Shown here one piece after another: positions 25,109 through 45,545 of a stretch of DNA of 64,000 nucleotides (position 1 is the first letter of the stretch; every line of letters begins with the position of its first letter). Source of the stretch: the human T2T-CHM13v2.0 reference genome, Homo sapiens; NCBI RefSeq assembly GCF_009914755.1, contig NC_060947.1; one strand, written 5' to 3'. The notes under the pieces were generated by a model. That model was not told the origin of the DNA. It made no database searches and saw nothing but the letters and a program-made list of their open reading frames with translations. The translations under genes and the position numbers were made by a program.

Positions 25109-26180
25109 CTCATGTGGCTCAATTTCAATAAGGTCCTATAATTTTCACAACACTGGGTGTGCTTCATGAAGACCAATTCAAAAAAGACAAAAGCACAATT
25201 GAATTATCCACATTATAGTTACAATTTTACATTCTTAATATGCCCAGGTAACTCTTGACACCATTTCAAATAAGCTTCAGTCATATTTGGCATATACTGA
25301 GGCTGGCATTTTTTTCCACATGAAAGCAAATGGAAAATTGATAAAATTACAGTTGTAGAGAACCTCAGCAATTCCAGGTTTGGTGCAAATATCCATATTT
25401 TTGCTAAATATTCTAGAACTGTATCCCCAACTTTGCATTGGGGATAGATATAGAAATTATTATTTGTTTACCATAGGTATAAAACCTATAGTTACTTTTG
25501 AAGAATTAAAGCCAACCCCAAAAGATTTATGCACCTAACAAGGTTTTTTTTCATACTTTATTAGTTTTGTCTAAAGAAAAGGTTTTTAGTACGAAAATTT
25601 CCAGTTGTCTATGTATAAATGTAAATCTTTAAGAATCATTTAATATAGGATATTTACCAAAGATATGGGAACTGTGTAGCCCTATTCTCAGCGCAGAAGC
25701 AGTGACTTCTAGTGAAGATTTAAAATGGGCTCAGATGAGAGGAAAAAACTCGGAACCCTAGACTTGGAAAAGAACTGTTAAAAGCCCCATCTCTGAGCAT
25801 GTTATCACTTATGGATCTTTCTCTTTTATCTGCTATTGAAGTATTATGAGTTTCAGTCCAGCAAGGTCATATTTCTTTAAAAGAAAAATCAGTGCCCCAA
25901 ATATGAAAATTACACAACTTATTGACACACTACTAGCTCCCATCCCAGTATGGCCAAATCTTTCTCTGAAAAAAAAAAAGTATACTAAAATACAAAATTT
26001 CACAACCTTATTTCTGGTAACACTTTAGTTTAATTGTCACATGATTATTCAACTTCAATAACTTAGATATTTATGGATCATAGCAGAACTGGTAGTGCTT
26101 ATAACTTTGTAACTTTCCATGCATAGAACCCTTCTAGGTTAAGCACATATATTTCAAAAAGAAGTTTCAAAAAACAGTTT
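25109..26180 (-). pseudogene. Four small exon remnants: 26180-26067, 25874-25813, 25412-25364, 25177-25109
   Basis: Last three join in phases 2 and 0 as KYDLAGLKLIILQ*QIKEKDP|IFSKNMDICTKPGIAE|IGLHEAHPVL*KL*DLIEIEPHE; several splice dinucleotides mutated. Confidence 0.55.
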
Positions 26181-26199
26181 CTGAAATAATATTAGGAAT

Positions 26200-28100
26200 G
26201 AGAAATAAATAAAGGGCATCCAAATAGGAAGAGAGGAAGTCAAACTACCCCTGTTTGTAGATGATATGATTCTATATCTAGAAAACCCCATAGTCTCAGC
26301 CCAAAGGATCCTTAAGCTGATAAACAACTTCAGCAAATTATCGGTATACAAAATCAATATGCAAAAATCACTAGCACTCCTATACAACAACATTCAAGCT
26401 GAAAGCCAAATCAGGAACGCAGTCCCATTCACAATTACCACACACACAAAGTAAAATACCTATGAATACAGATAATCAAGGAGGTGAAAGATCTCTACAA
26501 GCAGAACTACAAAACACTGCTCAAAGAAATCAGAGATGATACAAACAAATGGAAAAACATTCCATAGTTATGGATAGGAAGAATCAATATCATTACAATG
26601 GCCATACTGCCCAAAGCAATTTATAGATTCAACACTATTTCTATTAAACTACCAATGACATTCATTCCAGAAACAGAAGAAGGTATTTTAAAATTCATGA
26701 GGAACCAAAAAGGAGCCCGAATAAGCAAAGCAATCCTAAGCAAAAGAACAAAGCTGGAGGCATCACACTATCTGACTTTAGACTATATTACAGAGCTATG
26801 GTAACCAAAACAGCATGGTACTAGTACATAAACAGGCACAAAGTCAAATGAAACAGAATAAAGAACCCAGAAATAAGACCACACACCTACAACTATTGGA
26901 TCTTTGACAAAGCTGACAAAAACAAGCAATGGGGAAAAGACTCCCTATTCAATAAATGATGCTGGGATAACTGGCTAGCCACAAGTAGAAGACTGAAACC
27001 AGACCCCTTCCTTATACCACATACAAAAATTAACTCAAGATAGATTAAAAACTTAAATGTAAAACCTGAAATTATAAAAACCCTGGAAGGCAACCTAGGC
27101 AATACAATTCTGGAATAGGAACAAGCAAAGATTTCATGACAAAGACACCAAAAGCAATTGCAACAAAAGCAAAAATGGACAAATGGGATCTAATTAAACT
27201 AAAGAGCTTCTGCACAGCAAAAGAAACTATTAACATAGTGAACAGATAACTTACAGAATGGGAGAAAAATTTTGCAAGCTATGCATCTGAGAAAGGTCTA
27301 ATATTCAGCATCCATAAGGAACTTAAACAAATGTACAAGGTAAAAACCTCAAACAACCCAATTAAAAAGTGGGCAAAGGACGTGAAAAGACACTTTTAAA
27401 AAGAAGATATGCATGTGGCCAACAATCATATGAAAAAAAGCTTAACATCACTGATACATTAGAGAAATGCAAATCAAAACCACAATGAGATACTGTCTCA
27501 TACAAGTCAGAATGGCTATTATCAAAAAGTCAAAAAATAACGTGCTGGTGAGGTTGCAGAGAAAAAAGAATGCTTATAAACTGTCTTCAACCATTGTGGA
27601 AGACAGTGTGGCCATTCCTCAAAGATATAAAAACAGAAATACCATTCGACCTGCAGTCCCATTGCTGGGTATGGAATCAACCTAAATGGCTATCAATGAT
27701 AGACTGGATAAAGAAAATGTTGTACATATACACCATGGAATACTATGCAGCCATAAAAAAAGAACAAGATTTTGTCCTTTGTGGGAACATGGATAGAGCT
27801 GGAGGCCATTATCCTTAGCAAACTAACACAGGAACAGAAAACCAAATACCACATGGTCTCACTTATAAATGGGAGCTAAATGATGAGAACACATGAACAC
27901 ATAATGGGGAACAACACCCACTGGGGCCTATTGGAGGAGGGAGGATGGAAGGAGGGAAAGGATAAGGAAAAATAGCTAATGGGTACTAGGCTTAATACCT
28001 GGGTGATGAAATAATCTGTAAAACAAACCTCCATGACACATGTTTACCTATATAACAAACCTGCCCATGTACCCTTGAACTTAATAGTTAAATTAAAAAA
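26200..28100 (+). mobile_element. 5'-truncated older L1PA
   Basis: ORF2 3' part, 3'UTR, A-tail; approximate TSD gaatga(g)aaat. Confidence 0.9.
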
Positions 28101-28494
28101 GAATGAAAATGTTGTGTTCTCAGTTAAATATTATTAATTGTTTGCTTAAGAGATGCCTTTCCAAGCAAAGGATTAATGTAGATACTTTGAAGCCTATGAA
28201 CACTATTTTTTTAACCCAATTAATTAGTTTCAATTGCTTTTGTACATGGCACAAACTCAATGTCAGAACCTCTTATATTTACTCTTATACTTCGAAGATC
28301 TAGATACTTGCTAGCAAGCAGATAAAAATTAAGAACACACACTTTAAAAACAGAGTTACTCTCAATAAAATAGTGTTTATAATGAGTTCTAGCACTCAAA
28401 AATAGTCACAGTTTAAGAACCTAGCTGCTTCTTTAAAGAAGGGTCAGAAGAGCTGGAACATCATTTATTGTTTATCCTCATCACTTCCCCTTAC

Positions 28495-28666
28495 CGTTTT
28501 CTATAGTTTTTTTAAATATATGTAGTTCTCCTTGCTTTGTGGGCCCTATATCATCAACAAATGTCAGCGATTTCTTCCACTTTTCCTCGAGAGTTTCCTT
28601 GTAAAAGGCCAGTTCATTTCCCCCTTATCCTCAACACTTCATCCTTGGAACAAAATTCCTAAGGGT
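28495..28666 (-). pseudogene. Exon remnant (charged, coiled-coil-like)
   Basis: ttttaagag|...aacg|gtaagg; reads ...GGNELAFYKETLEEKWKKSLTFVDDIGPTKQGELHIFKKTIEN. Confidence 0.65.
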
Positions 28667-28674
28667 CTCTTAAA

Positions 28675-32437
<3,763 letters not shown>

Positions 32438-32439
32438 GA

Positions 32440-32900
32440 AAAACATTTTTTCAATGTTAACCTGGTATTTTGCAGCTTCACAAAACTCACATCTTAGTTT
32501 TAGTTTTAGTTGCTCTTTTATAAAGTGCATCAAATTTTCTGTGTAGATGATTGCATCATTTGCTAATAAATACATTTTAAATTCTTTCTTTTTAATCTGA
32601 ATGCCTTTTATTTCTTTTTCTTGCCTGATTGCACTTGCTACCACCTTCAGTACGATGTTGGAAAGAAGTAGTGAAAGTAAACATCCCTGTATTGGTCCTG
32701 ATATTGGCTGCAGATTTTTTGAAGATGTCCTTTATCAGGTTGAGAAAATTCCTTTCTATTCTTATTTTTCTGTGAGTTTTTAAAAAACAGAAATGAGTGT
32801 TTTATGTTATCAAATGGTTTTACAGTATTTATTAGTATAATCATGTGATTATGTGATTTTTCTCAGTTTGTTAATATGGGGAATGTCAGTGTTTGATTTT
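32440..32900 (-). mobile_element. Old L1M ORF2 fragment
   Basis: [30 protein letters not shown] (minus ORF 32387-32644). Confidence 0.8.
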
Positions 32901-32920
32901 TTTTCTGTTTATCTCCAACT

Positions 32921-34320
<1,400 letters not shown>

Positions 34321-34373
34321 TAGCGCCTCCCTGCATATGCAAGTTTTTCTCCTCTTATTACATTTACTATTAC

Positions 34374-34507
34374 CTCCAAGCCATTAAATTCCATCTTTAC
34401 ATCTTGTACTGGAAAAGCATTAAATAAAGAGTTTAAATGTGTGGAGACAGAGAACATTTTGTATCGGTGGAATGATTTTAGTTTCAAGCCCTTATAGGGA
34501 ATCCATT
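34374..34507 (-). pseudogene. Stop-free exon remnant
   Basis: taaacag|...ttggag|gtaata; phase 1 to 0; EWIPYKGLKLKSFHRYKMFSVSTHLNSLFNAFPVQDVKMEFNGLE. Confidence 0.6.
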
Positions 34508-36321
34508 CTGTTTATACAAACTTTTTTCCTAAACTACTCCTCATCACAAACCATTGATAAAAGGCAGATTGCTGATGCTTCCTTTACCTCTTTTCAAAAA
34601 TAATTCATGTGCAGAGGTTTTTGATGAGCTTCCAATTTTTAGCGTACTTATTTTAATTAACTGAAGTCCATTGTTTACATTAGAGTTCACTATTTGTATT
34701 GTACATTTTATGGGTTTGAGCAAACATATAATGTCGTATAGCCACCATTAAGTATCATACAGAATAATTTTACTGTTCCAAAAATTCCCTGTGCTTCACC
34801 CATTCATCTCGCTCCCCTGGACTCTTGGCAACCACTGATCTTTTAGTTCCTATAGTTTTGCTTTTTACAGAATGTCATATGGTTGCAATCATATAATAGG
34901 TAGTCTTTTCAGATTGGTTTCCTTCACTTAGCAATATCTATTGAAGGTTCCTCCATATCTTTTCATGACTTCAAAGATTACCTCCTTTTAGTGCTAAATA
35001 ATATTCCATTGTCTGGATTTACCACAGCTTATTTATCCCTTCATCTACTGAGGGGCATCTTAATTGCTTCCAAGTACTGACAATTATAAATAAAGCTGCT
35101 ATAAATATTTGTGTGCAGGTTTTTGTGTGGACATGAATTTTCAACCCATTTGGGTAAACCCAAGGAGCACAATTTCTGGATCATACGGTAAAAGTTTGTT
35201 TAATTTTGGAAGAAACTGCCGAACTGTCTTCCAATGTGGCTGTACCATTTTGCAGTCCCACAAGCAGTGAATCAGAGTTCCTGTTGTTCCACATCCTTGC
35301 CAGCATTTGATAGTGTTGGTGTTTTGGATTTTGGTCATTCTAATAGGGGTATAATGGTATCTCATTGTTGTTCTAATTTGTAATTCCCTAATGACCTATG
35401 ATATTGAGCATCTTTGCATATGCTTATTTGCCATATCTTTGTTGGTGAGATGTATATTCAGGTATTTTGCCCATTGTTAAAGTAGGGTTACTCATTTACT
35501 TATAGTTGAGCTTTAACTGTTCTTTGCGTATTTTGGATAACAGTCTCTTTTACAAGTATTTTCTCCCAGTGTGTGACTTGTCATTTCATTCTCTTGACAA
35601 TGTCTTCCACAGAGCAGTTTTTAATTTTTATGAAGTCAAGCTTATTGGTTATTTCTTTTATGTATTATACCTTTGATTTTGTACCTGAAAGGTCATCCCC
35701 ATACCCAATGTCACCTAGATTTTCTCCTGTGTTATCTTCTAGGAGTTTTATAGTTTTGCATTTGCATTTTATTTTTAGGTTTATGATTTATTTTGAGTTT
35801 TTTTGTGAAAGATGTAAGGTTTGCATCTGTATTTGTGGGTTTTTTGTGCATATGGGTGTCCAGTTGTTCCAGCACTACTTGTTTAAAAGGCCCTATTTGC
35901 TCCACTCTATTGCCTTTGCTTCATTGTCAAAGATCAGTTGACTATATGTGGGTCTATTTCCGGGCTTTCCATTATATTCCACTAATCTATTTGTCTATTT
36001 TTTCATCATTACCACACAGTCTTGATTACTATAGCTTTATAGTAAGTCTTGAAGTCTAGTAGCGCCAGTACTCCAACTTTGTTCTCCTTCAATACTATGC
36101 TAGCTATTTTGGGTCTTTCACCTCATCTTATAATTTTTAGAATAAGTTTAGTAATAACCATAAAATAAAATGCTGAGATTTTAATTAGGACTGCCTTGTA
36201 CCTATGGAACTAGTTGAGAAGAAATGACATCTTCACAATATTGAGTCTTCCTACCCAAGAGCATGGAATATCTCTTCATTTATTCAGTTTTTCTTTGATT
36301 TCTTTCATCAGGGTTTAGACG

Positions 36322-36908
<587 letters not shown>

Positions 36909-37044
36909 TAATGTAAATGATGTTGTGTTTTAAATTTCCAGTTCTACTTGTTCATTGTTGGTATATAGGAAAATGATTGAATTTTATATATTAAGTTTAT
37001 ATCCTGCAATCTTGTTGTAATCACTTATTAGTTCCAGGAGATTG

Positions 37045-37471
37045 CTTTTTTTTGTATCACAGAAAATATTTATTTATATTTGTTGAAACAGCACTTTGAG
37101 TTAAACAGATTTTTATCACATCAGTCTTGTGCATATGTAAAGAAAATGTATGAAATAAATTGGTTAAGTCATAATTATAACTTCATATCCTGAGTCCAAC
37201 TCTTCTTACTCACTTTTCAAACCACAGTCATTGATGTCTACATTTTTTCGCACAATGTCTGCCCCGGTGTTGTCAAGAGTACTGGTTATGCAGCACTTTT
37301 TGACAGAGTGCTCCAACAGTGTCTTCTGTTTAATGGCAGCAGGGAGCTTTGGACAAAACGATGTTTGATGCCTTAATAATAGTAATAATAGTACTGCTCA
37401 ACACTACTGTCACACCAGCCTCTTGTTGCTATGAATTTTGTTTCGTCAATTCACAGGGTTTTGACAATTTA
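37045..37471 (-). mobile_element. Retroposed insert with Kanga1-like (TcMar-Tc2) DNA-transposon sequence
   Basis: 16-bp TSD tagttccaggagattg (37029-37044, 37472-37487); poly(T) 37046-37053; minus-strand aataaa near 37070; EHSVKKCCITSTLDNTGADIV peptide. Confidence 0.75.
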
Positions 37472-37808
37472 TAGTTCCAGGAGATTGTTTAATGAATCTT
37501 TTGGATTTTCGACATAAACAATCACATCATCAGTGAAGATAGACAGCTTTATTTCTTCCTTCCCAATATGTATACCTTTTATTTTCTTTCCTTATCTTAT
37601 TGCATTAAAAATATTGATTTCCAGCATAATATTGAAAAGGAGTGGTGAAAGGGGACATCCTTGCCTTTTTACTGATCCTAGTGGGAAAGTTTCTACTTTC
37701 CCGCCCTTAAGCATAATGTTAGCTGTAGTCTTTTTGTAGATGTTCTTTATCAAGTTAAGGAAGTTTCCCTCTATTCCTAGTTTGCTGAGAGTTTTTTGAA
37801 AAAACTCA

Positions 37809-38117
<309 letters not shown>

Positions 38118-39796
38118 TCATGAATGGGTGTTGGTTTTGTCAAATGCTTTTTCTGCATCTATTGATATGATCATTTGGTTTTCTTCTTTAGCTTGTTGAT
38201 GTGATGGCTTACAAAAACTGATTTTCCAATGTCAAACCAGCCTTGCATATGTGGGATAAATCCCACTTGGTCATGATGTATAATTCTTTTTATACATTGT
38301 TGGATTCAATTTGTTAATATTTTGTTGAGGCTTTCTGCATCTATGTTCATAAGATAAAACTGATAAAAGATATTGGTCTGAGGATTTTTTTCTTGTATGT
38401 CATTGTCTGGTTTTTGGTGTTAGGGTAATGCTGACCTCATAATGAGTTAGAAAGTAGTCCCTCTGCATCTATCTTCAGGAATAGATTGTAAGGAAATGCT
38501 GTAATTTTTTCATAATTATTTGGTAAAATGCACCAGTGAACCCATTAGTGTACTTTCTGTTTTAAAAAGTTATTACTTTTTTATTCAATTTCTTTAATAG
38601 ATATAGGTCTATGCCAATTGCCTGTTTCTTCTTGTGTGAGCTTTGGTAGATGTATCTTTCAGGAAATTCGTCCATTTTATCTAGGCTACAAAATTTGTGG
38701 ATGTAGAGTTGCTCATAATATTTCTTTATTATCCTTTTAATGTCCATGGTGTCTGTAGTGATGTTCCCTGTTTCATGTCTGATATTAATAATTTGTGTCT
38801 TCTTTCTTTTTTTCTTAACCTAGCTAGAGGCTTATTTTATTTATCTTTTCAAAACACCAGCTTTTGGTTTTATTGATTTTCTCTATTGATTTTCTGTTTT
38901 CAATTCCATTGATTTTGCTCTAATTTTTAATTGTTTATTATCTTCTCTTACTTTGGATTTAATTTACTCTTCCTTTTCTAGTTTCCTAAGGTTGAAACTG
39001 AGATTATTGATCTTAGATCTTCTTTTCTAAAACATGCATTTAATGCTAATAAGTTTCCCTGTAGGTACTGCTTTTGCTGCACCCCACAGATTTTTATATG
39101 TGGTACTTTCATTTTCATTTAGTTCAAAATATTTTTATATCTATCTTGGAAATTTTTCTTTGACCTATGTATTATTTAGAACTATGTCATTTAATCTCTT
39201 AAGTATTTGGGGGTTTTCCAGCTATCTTTCCTTATTTATTTCCAGATTAATTTCATTGTGGTCTGCGAGCAAATATTATATGATTTCTATTCTTTTAAAT
39301 GTCACGATGTATTTTATGGCTCAGAATGTGGTCTATCTTGAAGAATGTTCCATGTGAACTTGGGAAGAATGTGTCCACTGTTGCTGGATGAAGCTTGATA
39401 GATGTCAATTATACTCAGCTTTATTAATGGTGCTGTTGAGTTTAACTCTGTCCTTACTGACTTTTTATCTGCAGAATTTGTCCATTTCTGATAGATGAGT
39501 GTTGAAGTCTCCAACTATAACAGTAGATTCATTTATTTCTCTTGCAGTTCTATCAGTTTTTCCTCATATATTTTGATGCTCTGTTATTAAGTGCATACAT
39601 ATTAAGGATTGTGTTATGTCTCTTTGAATAAATGACCTCTTTATTGTATGTAATATTCCCCCTTATCCCTGATAGCTTTTCTTGCTCTGAAGTCTTTTCT
39701 GTCTGAAATTAGTATAGCTATTCCAGTTTTCTTTTGATTAGTGTTAGCATAGTATATCTTTCTCCATCCCTTTAAAAAATCTATTAAGTCAGTTTC

Positions 39797-40078
39797 TCTA
39801 ACACAGGAACAGAAAGCCAAATACCACATGTTCGCACTTATAAGTGGGAGCTAAATTATGAGAACACATGCATTCTAAGAGAGGAACAACAGACACTGGG
39901 GCCTATCAGAGGGTGAAGAGTGGAAGGAGGGAGAGGATCAGAAGTAACAACTACTGAGTGCTAGGCTTAGTACCTGGGTGATGAAATAATCAGTACAACC
40001 AACCCCCATGACATGAGTTTACCTATATAAAAAATCTGGACATGTACCTCTGAACCTAGAATAAAAATTAAAAAAATA
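39797..40078 (+). mobile_element. Short L1PA 3' end
   Basis: 3'UTR plus A-tail inside the L1MC element. Confidence 0.85.
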
Positions 40079-40588
40079 AAGTGGGTTTCTTGTATACAGC
40101 ATATAGTTGGGCCTTATTTTCTGATCCATGCTTAATATCTCTTATTGATATATTTAGACAGTTGATGTTTATTGATATAGTTGTATTAATATCTACTACT
40201 TTTTAAAACTATTTTCTATTTGTTGCTTTTGCTCTTTGTTCCTATTTTTGTCTTCTACTCTTTTTCTGCCTTTTGCACTACTACTTCAGCATTTGATGAT
40301 TCTATTTTCTCAACTTTCTTAGTATGTCAGTTTTACCGTTAGGTTTTCTGCTTTTTCAAGTGGTTGCCTTAGACATTGCAATATGCATTTAAAACTAATC
40401 CAGGTCCATTTTCAAATAACATTATACCACTTCACAGGTAGTGCAAATACCTTATAATCAAATATAATAAAAATACTATTCCTCCTTCTCATTCTTTGTA
40501 TCAGTACTGTCATTCATTTCACTTATACATATGCATGCCCACACACACATACACCCATCCCTACACACAAGCATACATAATTGAATAA

Positions 40589-40706
40589 AGATGCTCCTTG
40601 ACTTATGATGGGGTCACGTTTTAAGAGTATTGAATGTATATCACTTTCACATTATCATAAAGTTGAACATCATAAATGAGACCATCTAAGTTGGGGACCA
40701 TCTGTA
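40589..40706. mobile_element. MER8/Tigger3-type DNA transposon fragment
   Basis: agatgctccttgacttatgatgggg ... ttggggaccatctgta termini. Confidence 0.7.
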
Positions 40707-42069
40707 CATTGTTACAATTATTATTTGAACAAACTGTTTCATTAGTTAAATCAATTAAGAATAAAAAAGTTTTTATTTTACCTTTACTTATTCCCTCTCC
40801 AGTTCTCCTTTTTAAAATGCTGATCTGAGTTTCTGACCTAGATCATTTTTTTTGTCTCTGAAGAATTATCTCTTAAGATTTCTTGCAAGGCAGGTCTACT
40901 GGCAAGAAAATTCGTTCATATCTTTTTGTCTGAGAAGTTCTTTACATTTGAAGGATAATTTCACAGGGTAGAGAATTCTAGGTTGTTGTTTTTTCTTCTC
41001 AACACTTTAAACATTTCACTGTACTCTCTTCTTGCTTGCATGGCTTCTGAGAGGTCAGATATATCTCTTAACTTTTCTACAAGTAATATATTTTTCTTTC
41101 TGACATTGACATTTTCTTTATTTTTTATTTTCTCCAGTTTGAATATGATATACCCGAGTATGGTTTTTGACATTTATCCTGCTTGGTGTTCTCTGAGCTT
41201 CCTGGACCTGTGGTTTGGTGTCTCACTTTAATTTTGGGGAAATTTTCCATCATTATGGTTTCAAATATTTATTGAGTCCCTTTCTCTCTTCTCCTTCTGG
41301 TGTACTTACTAATGTGTATGTTACACTTTTTGTAGTTGTCTCACAGTTCGTGGATATTCTGTTCTTTTTAACGTCTTTTTTCTCTTCACTTTTTCATTTT
41401 GGAAGTTTCCATTGATATATCCTAAAGCTCAGAATTCTTTTCCTCAGCCATGTCCAGTCTACTAATGAGCCCATCAAAGACATTTTTTATTTCTGCTATA
41501 GTTTTTTATTTTTAGCTTTTAAAAATTCTTTCTTAGAATTTCCTTCTCTGTACTTGCATTGCCCATCTATTCCTGCATGTTTTGTACTTTACCCATTAGA
41601 GCCCTTAGCATAGGTAATAGGGTTCTCCAGAGAAGCAACCAATAGGAGATATACACACACACACACAAACACACGTGCACGTGCTTTATTATAAGAAAGT
41701 GGCTCATGTGATTATGGAGGCTAGTCCAGTTGAGTTCCTGGAGGTAAAACTCACAAAAGCGTAGAATCTTCTCTATGCTTGGGCCCCTCTCAGGTTTTTT
41801 ACTTTCAAACTTGTCTATGTTGAACTTTAGCAATTAGTCAATTAAAATTCAGGTTTTTCTACCCCTGTACTGGTTCCCGTGGTGGTTTCAGCTCATGGTT
41901 TTCTGCTTTGGTAAGTTGTGATTCTTTGTCCTTGCCTGTCTGTCTCTCCAATTTTTGGGAAAATGATTTGTTGTCTAACTTAACTTCTCTGGAAGATCTA
42001 AGATGAGTTGGTGATTTTTCCATTTGTTCACCTGTTTACTTTTTGTTAGGATAGAGTGACAACTTCCAT

Positions 42070-42506
42070 GCTAGCTGGCTCTTTTATTATTGTTATTATT
42101 CTTTCATCACTCCTGCATTTCCAAACATCTTATTGCTTTGAGACATGTTCTTGTTGACCAAATCATATTCATCCAATCCCCCCAAATCAATATATTTTGC
42201 TTCTGCCAGTGAAACATAATGTATGAAACATTCTCAAAATGCTTGATTGCATAGAATCTCTTACAAGTACTTGTCCCATATATACTTCTGAATCTGACAA
42301 GTTCTCCTTATTTTAATATATTTCCATCCTTAGCAATGCTACCCATGAAATCTGATTTTTACTAAACTTATCTAAGTGGCTTCATTATCTCCAAATCAGT
42401 GGTAAGAAGAGGAACCTGTGTGGCCTTCAGGTACTGATAACTCTGTGTCCCAGAAAGGGATACTCCAACTTTACCACCATGACGAATGAGCAGAGTGAAT
42501 TGAAAC
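42070..42506 (-). pseudogene. 5' part of a large exon split by the L1MC insertion; resumes at about 34645-34588
   Basis: Acceptor ttctcctag|; peptides PFWDTELSVPEGHTG and VSLAEAKYIDLGGLDEYDLVNKNMSQSNKMFGNAGVMKE; distal piece ends agag|gtaaag. Confidence 0.5.
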
Positions 42507-43264
42507 CTAGGAGAATCTGGGGATAGAGCTAGAAGGAGCCTGCTACTAGTGGGAAATTAGGTCCCTTCGAGATCATGTGTTTTATCTTAAAAATTTATTT
42601 AAGTTTTGTATTATCCTTCATGCTATATCAGTGTTATTGTCATGCAAACATAATATTTTTAATGCCTCTTAATGCATAATCCTGTGATCTGTCCCAAGCA
42701 TGTTACCATAAGGTACAAACACTTCATATCAGTAAGACTATAACTGTGACCACAGTTGACAAAGACTCAAAATAATAGAAACTTAAACAAGACAGAAATA
42801 GAATTCTCTGTCATGTAGAAGTTCCAAGCTGATATGGAAGCTTGGCTCTATGAAGTCTATCTGGGGCTCAGGTTTCTTCTGTCTTGTTACTCTGCAATCC
42901 CTAGGCAATTGACTACATGCAAATGGTCCATAAGATAAGGGATCAGTGCAGAGGCTATTGTGTTGATACAAATGATGTTAGCTTGGATTAGCCCAGTGAA
43001 GGTAAAGATGGAGAAACCTGAATAGATTCAAGAGCTGTTTAAGAGAAAAATAGACATAACTTAATGGTGATTGGTTATGAGGGGTGATGAGGTGAGAGAC
43101 ATAAAGTTACCAAGGATGTGTTCTACCTGTTAAGAGTAGATGGTGATGATTGTCATAGAGACAGGGAAAGCTGGAAGAGGAACAGAGTTGAGGAAAAAGA
43201 TCATGAGTTTGATTTTGAATATGTTGAGATAATACTGAGTAGTCATTAAGAACATGGGTTCTGT

Positions 43265-45545
43265 AAAGACAAAAACCACATGATTATTTCAAAAGATGTA
43301 GAAAAGCCTTTTGATAAAATTCAACATCCATTCATGTTAAAAACTCTCAATAAAGTGGGTATTAAAGGAACATACCTCAAAATAATAAGAGCCATATATG
43401 ACAAACTCACAGCCAATATCATATTGAATAGGCAAAAGCTGGAAGCAGTCCCCTTGAAAACTGGCACAAGACAAAACATGCCCTCTCTTGCCACTCCTAT
43501 TCAACATAGTATTGGAAGTTCTGGTCAGGGCAATCAGGCAAGAGAAAGAAATAAAGGGTGTTCAAATAGCAAGAGAGACAGTCAAACTATCTCTGTTTGC
43601 AGATGTTTATGGCTTTTATTTTCTAATCCCAATTCTAGAAAAGTCCATCATCTCAGCTCAAATACTTCTTAAGCTGATAAGCAACTTCAGCAAAATCTCA
43701 GGATACAAAATCAATGTGCAAAAATCGCTGGCATTCCTATACATCAACAACAGTCAAGCAGTGAGCCAAATCATGGATGAACTCCCATTAACAATTGCCA
43801 CCAAAAAAAATACTGAGGAATACACCTGACAAGGAAAGTGAAGGACCTCTTCAAGGAGAACTATGAACCACTGCTCAAAGAAATCAGAGGTGACACAAAC
43901 AAATGGAAAACATTCCATGCTCATGGATAGGAAAAATCAGCATCCTGAGGATGGCCATATTGCCCAAAGCAATTTACATATTCAATGCTATTTGCATTAA
44001 ACTACCATTGACATTCTTCACAGAACTAGAAAAAACTATTTTAAAATTCATACAAAACCAAAAAGATCCTGAATAGCCAAGGCAATCTTAAGCAAAAAGA
44101 ACAAAGCTTGTGGCATCATGCTACCCAACTTCAAAGTAGACTACAGGGTTACAGTAACCAAAACAGCATGGTACTGGTACAATAACAGACATGTAGACCA
44201 ATGTAACAGAATAGAGAACCTGGAAATAAGACAGCACACCTACAACTATCATATCTTTGACAAACCTGACAAAAACAAGCAATGGGGAAAGGATTCCCTA
44301 CTTCATAAATGGTGCTGGGATAACTGGCTAGCCATATGCAGAAAACTGAAACTGAATCCCTTCCTTACACCATATACAAAAGTTAACTCAAGATGGATGA
44401 AAGACTTAAATGTAAAACCCAAAACTATAAAAACCCTAGAAGAAAACCTAAGCAATACCATTCAGGACATAGGCACGGGCAAAGATTTTATGACAAAAAC
44501 ACCAAAGGGAATCGCAACAAAGGCAAAAGTTGATAATTGGGATCTAATTAAACTAAAGCGCTTCTGCACAGTGAAAGAAACTATCAACAGAGTAAATAGA
44601 CAACCTGCAGGATGGGAGAAAATTTTTGCAAACTATGCATCTGAAAAAGGTCTAATATCCAGCATTTATAAGGAACTTAAACAAATATACAATAAAAAGC
44701 AACCCCATTAAAAAGTAGGCAAAGGACATGAAAAGACACTTCTCAAAAGAAGGCATACATGTGGCTAACAATCATATAAAAAAGCTCAACATCACTGATC
44801 ATTAGAGAAATGCAAATCAAAAACCACAATGAGTTGCCATCTCACACCAGTCAGAATGGCTATTAAAAAGTTAAAAAATAACGTGCTGGCGAGGTTCTGG
44901 AGAAAATGAAATGCCTTTACACTGTTGGGAGTGTAAACTAGTTTAATTATTGTGGAAGACAGTGTGGTGATTCTTCAAAGACCTAGAGACAGAAATACCA
45001 TTTGACCCAGCAGTCATATTGCTGGGAATATGCCCAAAGGACTATAAATCATTCTATTATAAAGACACACACACGTATGTTCATTGTAGTACTGTTCACA
45101 ATAGCTAAGACATGGAATCAACCTAAATGTCCATCAGTGATAGACTGAATAAAGAAAATATAGTACGTATACACCATGGAATACTATGTAGCCATAAAAA
45201 GAGTGAGATCATGTTTTTGCAGGTACATGGATGGAGCTGGAGGCCATTATCCTTAGCAAACTAACATAGGAACAGAAAACCAAATATGGCATGTTCTCAC
45301 TTATAAATGGGAGCTAAATGATGAGAACACATGAACACATAGAAGGGAGCAATGCACACTGGGGCCTACCAGAGGGTGGAGGGTGGGAAGAGGGAGAGGA
45401 TCTGGAAAAATAACTAGCGGATGCTAGGCCTAAAACCTTGGTGATGAAATAATCTGTTTAACAAACCCTAGTGACACAGGTTTACCTTTGTAACAGACCT
45501 GCACATCCTGCACATGTACCCCGAACTTAAAAGTTAAAAAAAAAA
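43265..45545 (+). mobile_element. 5'-truncated L1PA inserted in a MIR
   Basis: ORF2 peptides 43280-44711; A-tail; TSD aa(g/a)aacatgggttct. Confidence 0.92.

Noticed and set aside
28270-28310. 41-nt exon
   Set aside because: AG/GT and phases fit, but four stops in 14 codons leave it unsupported as a separate feature.
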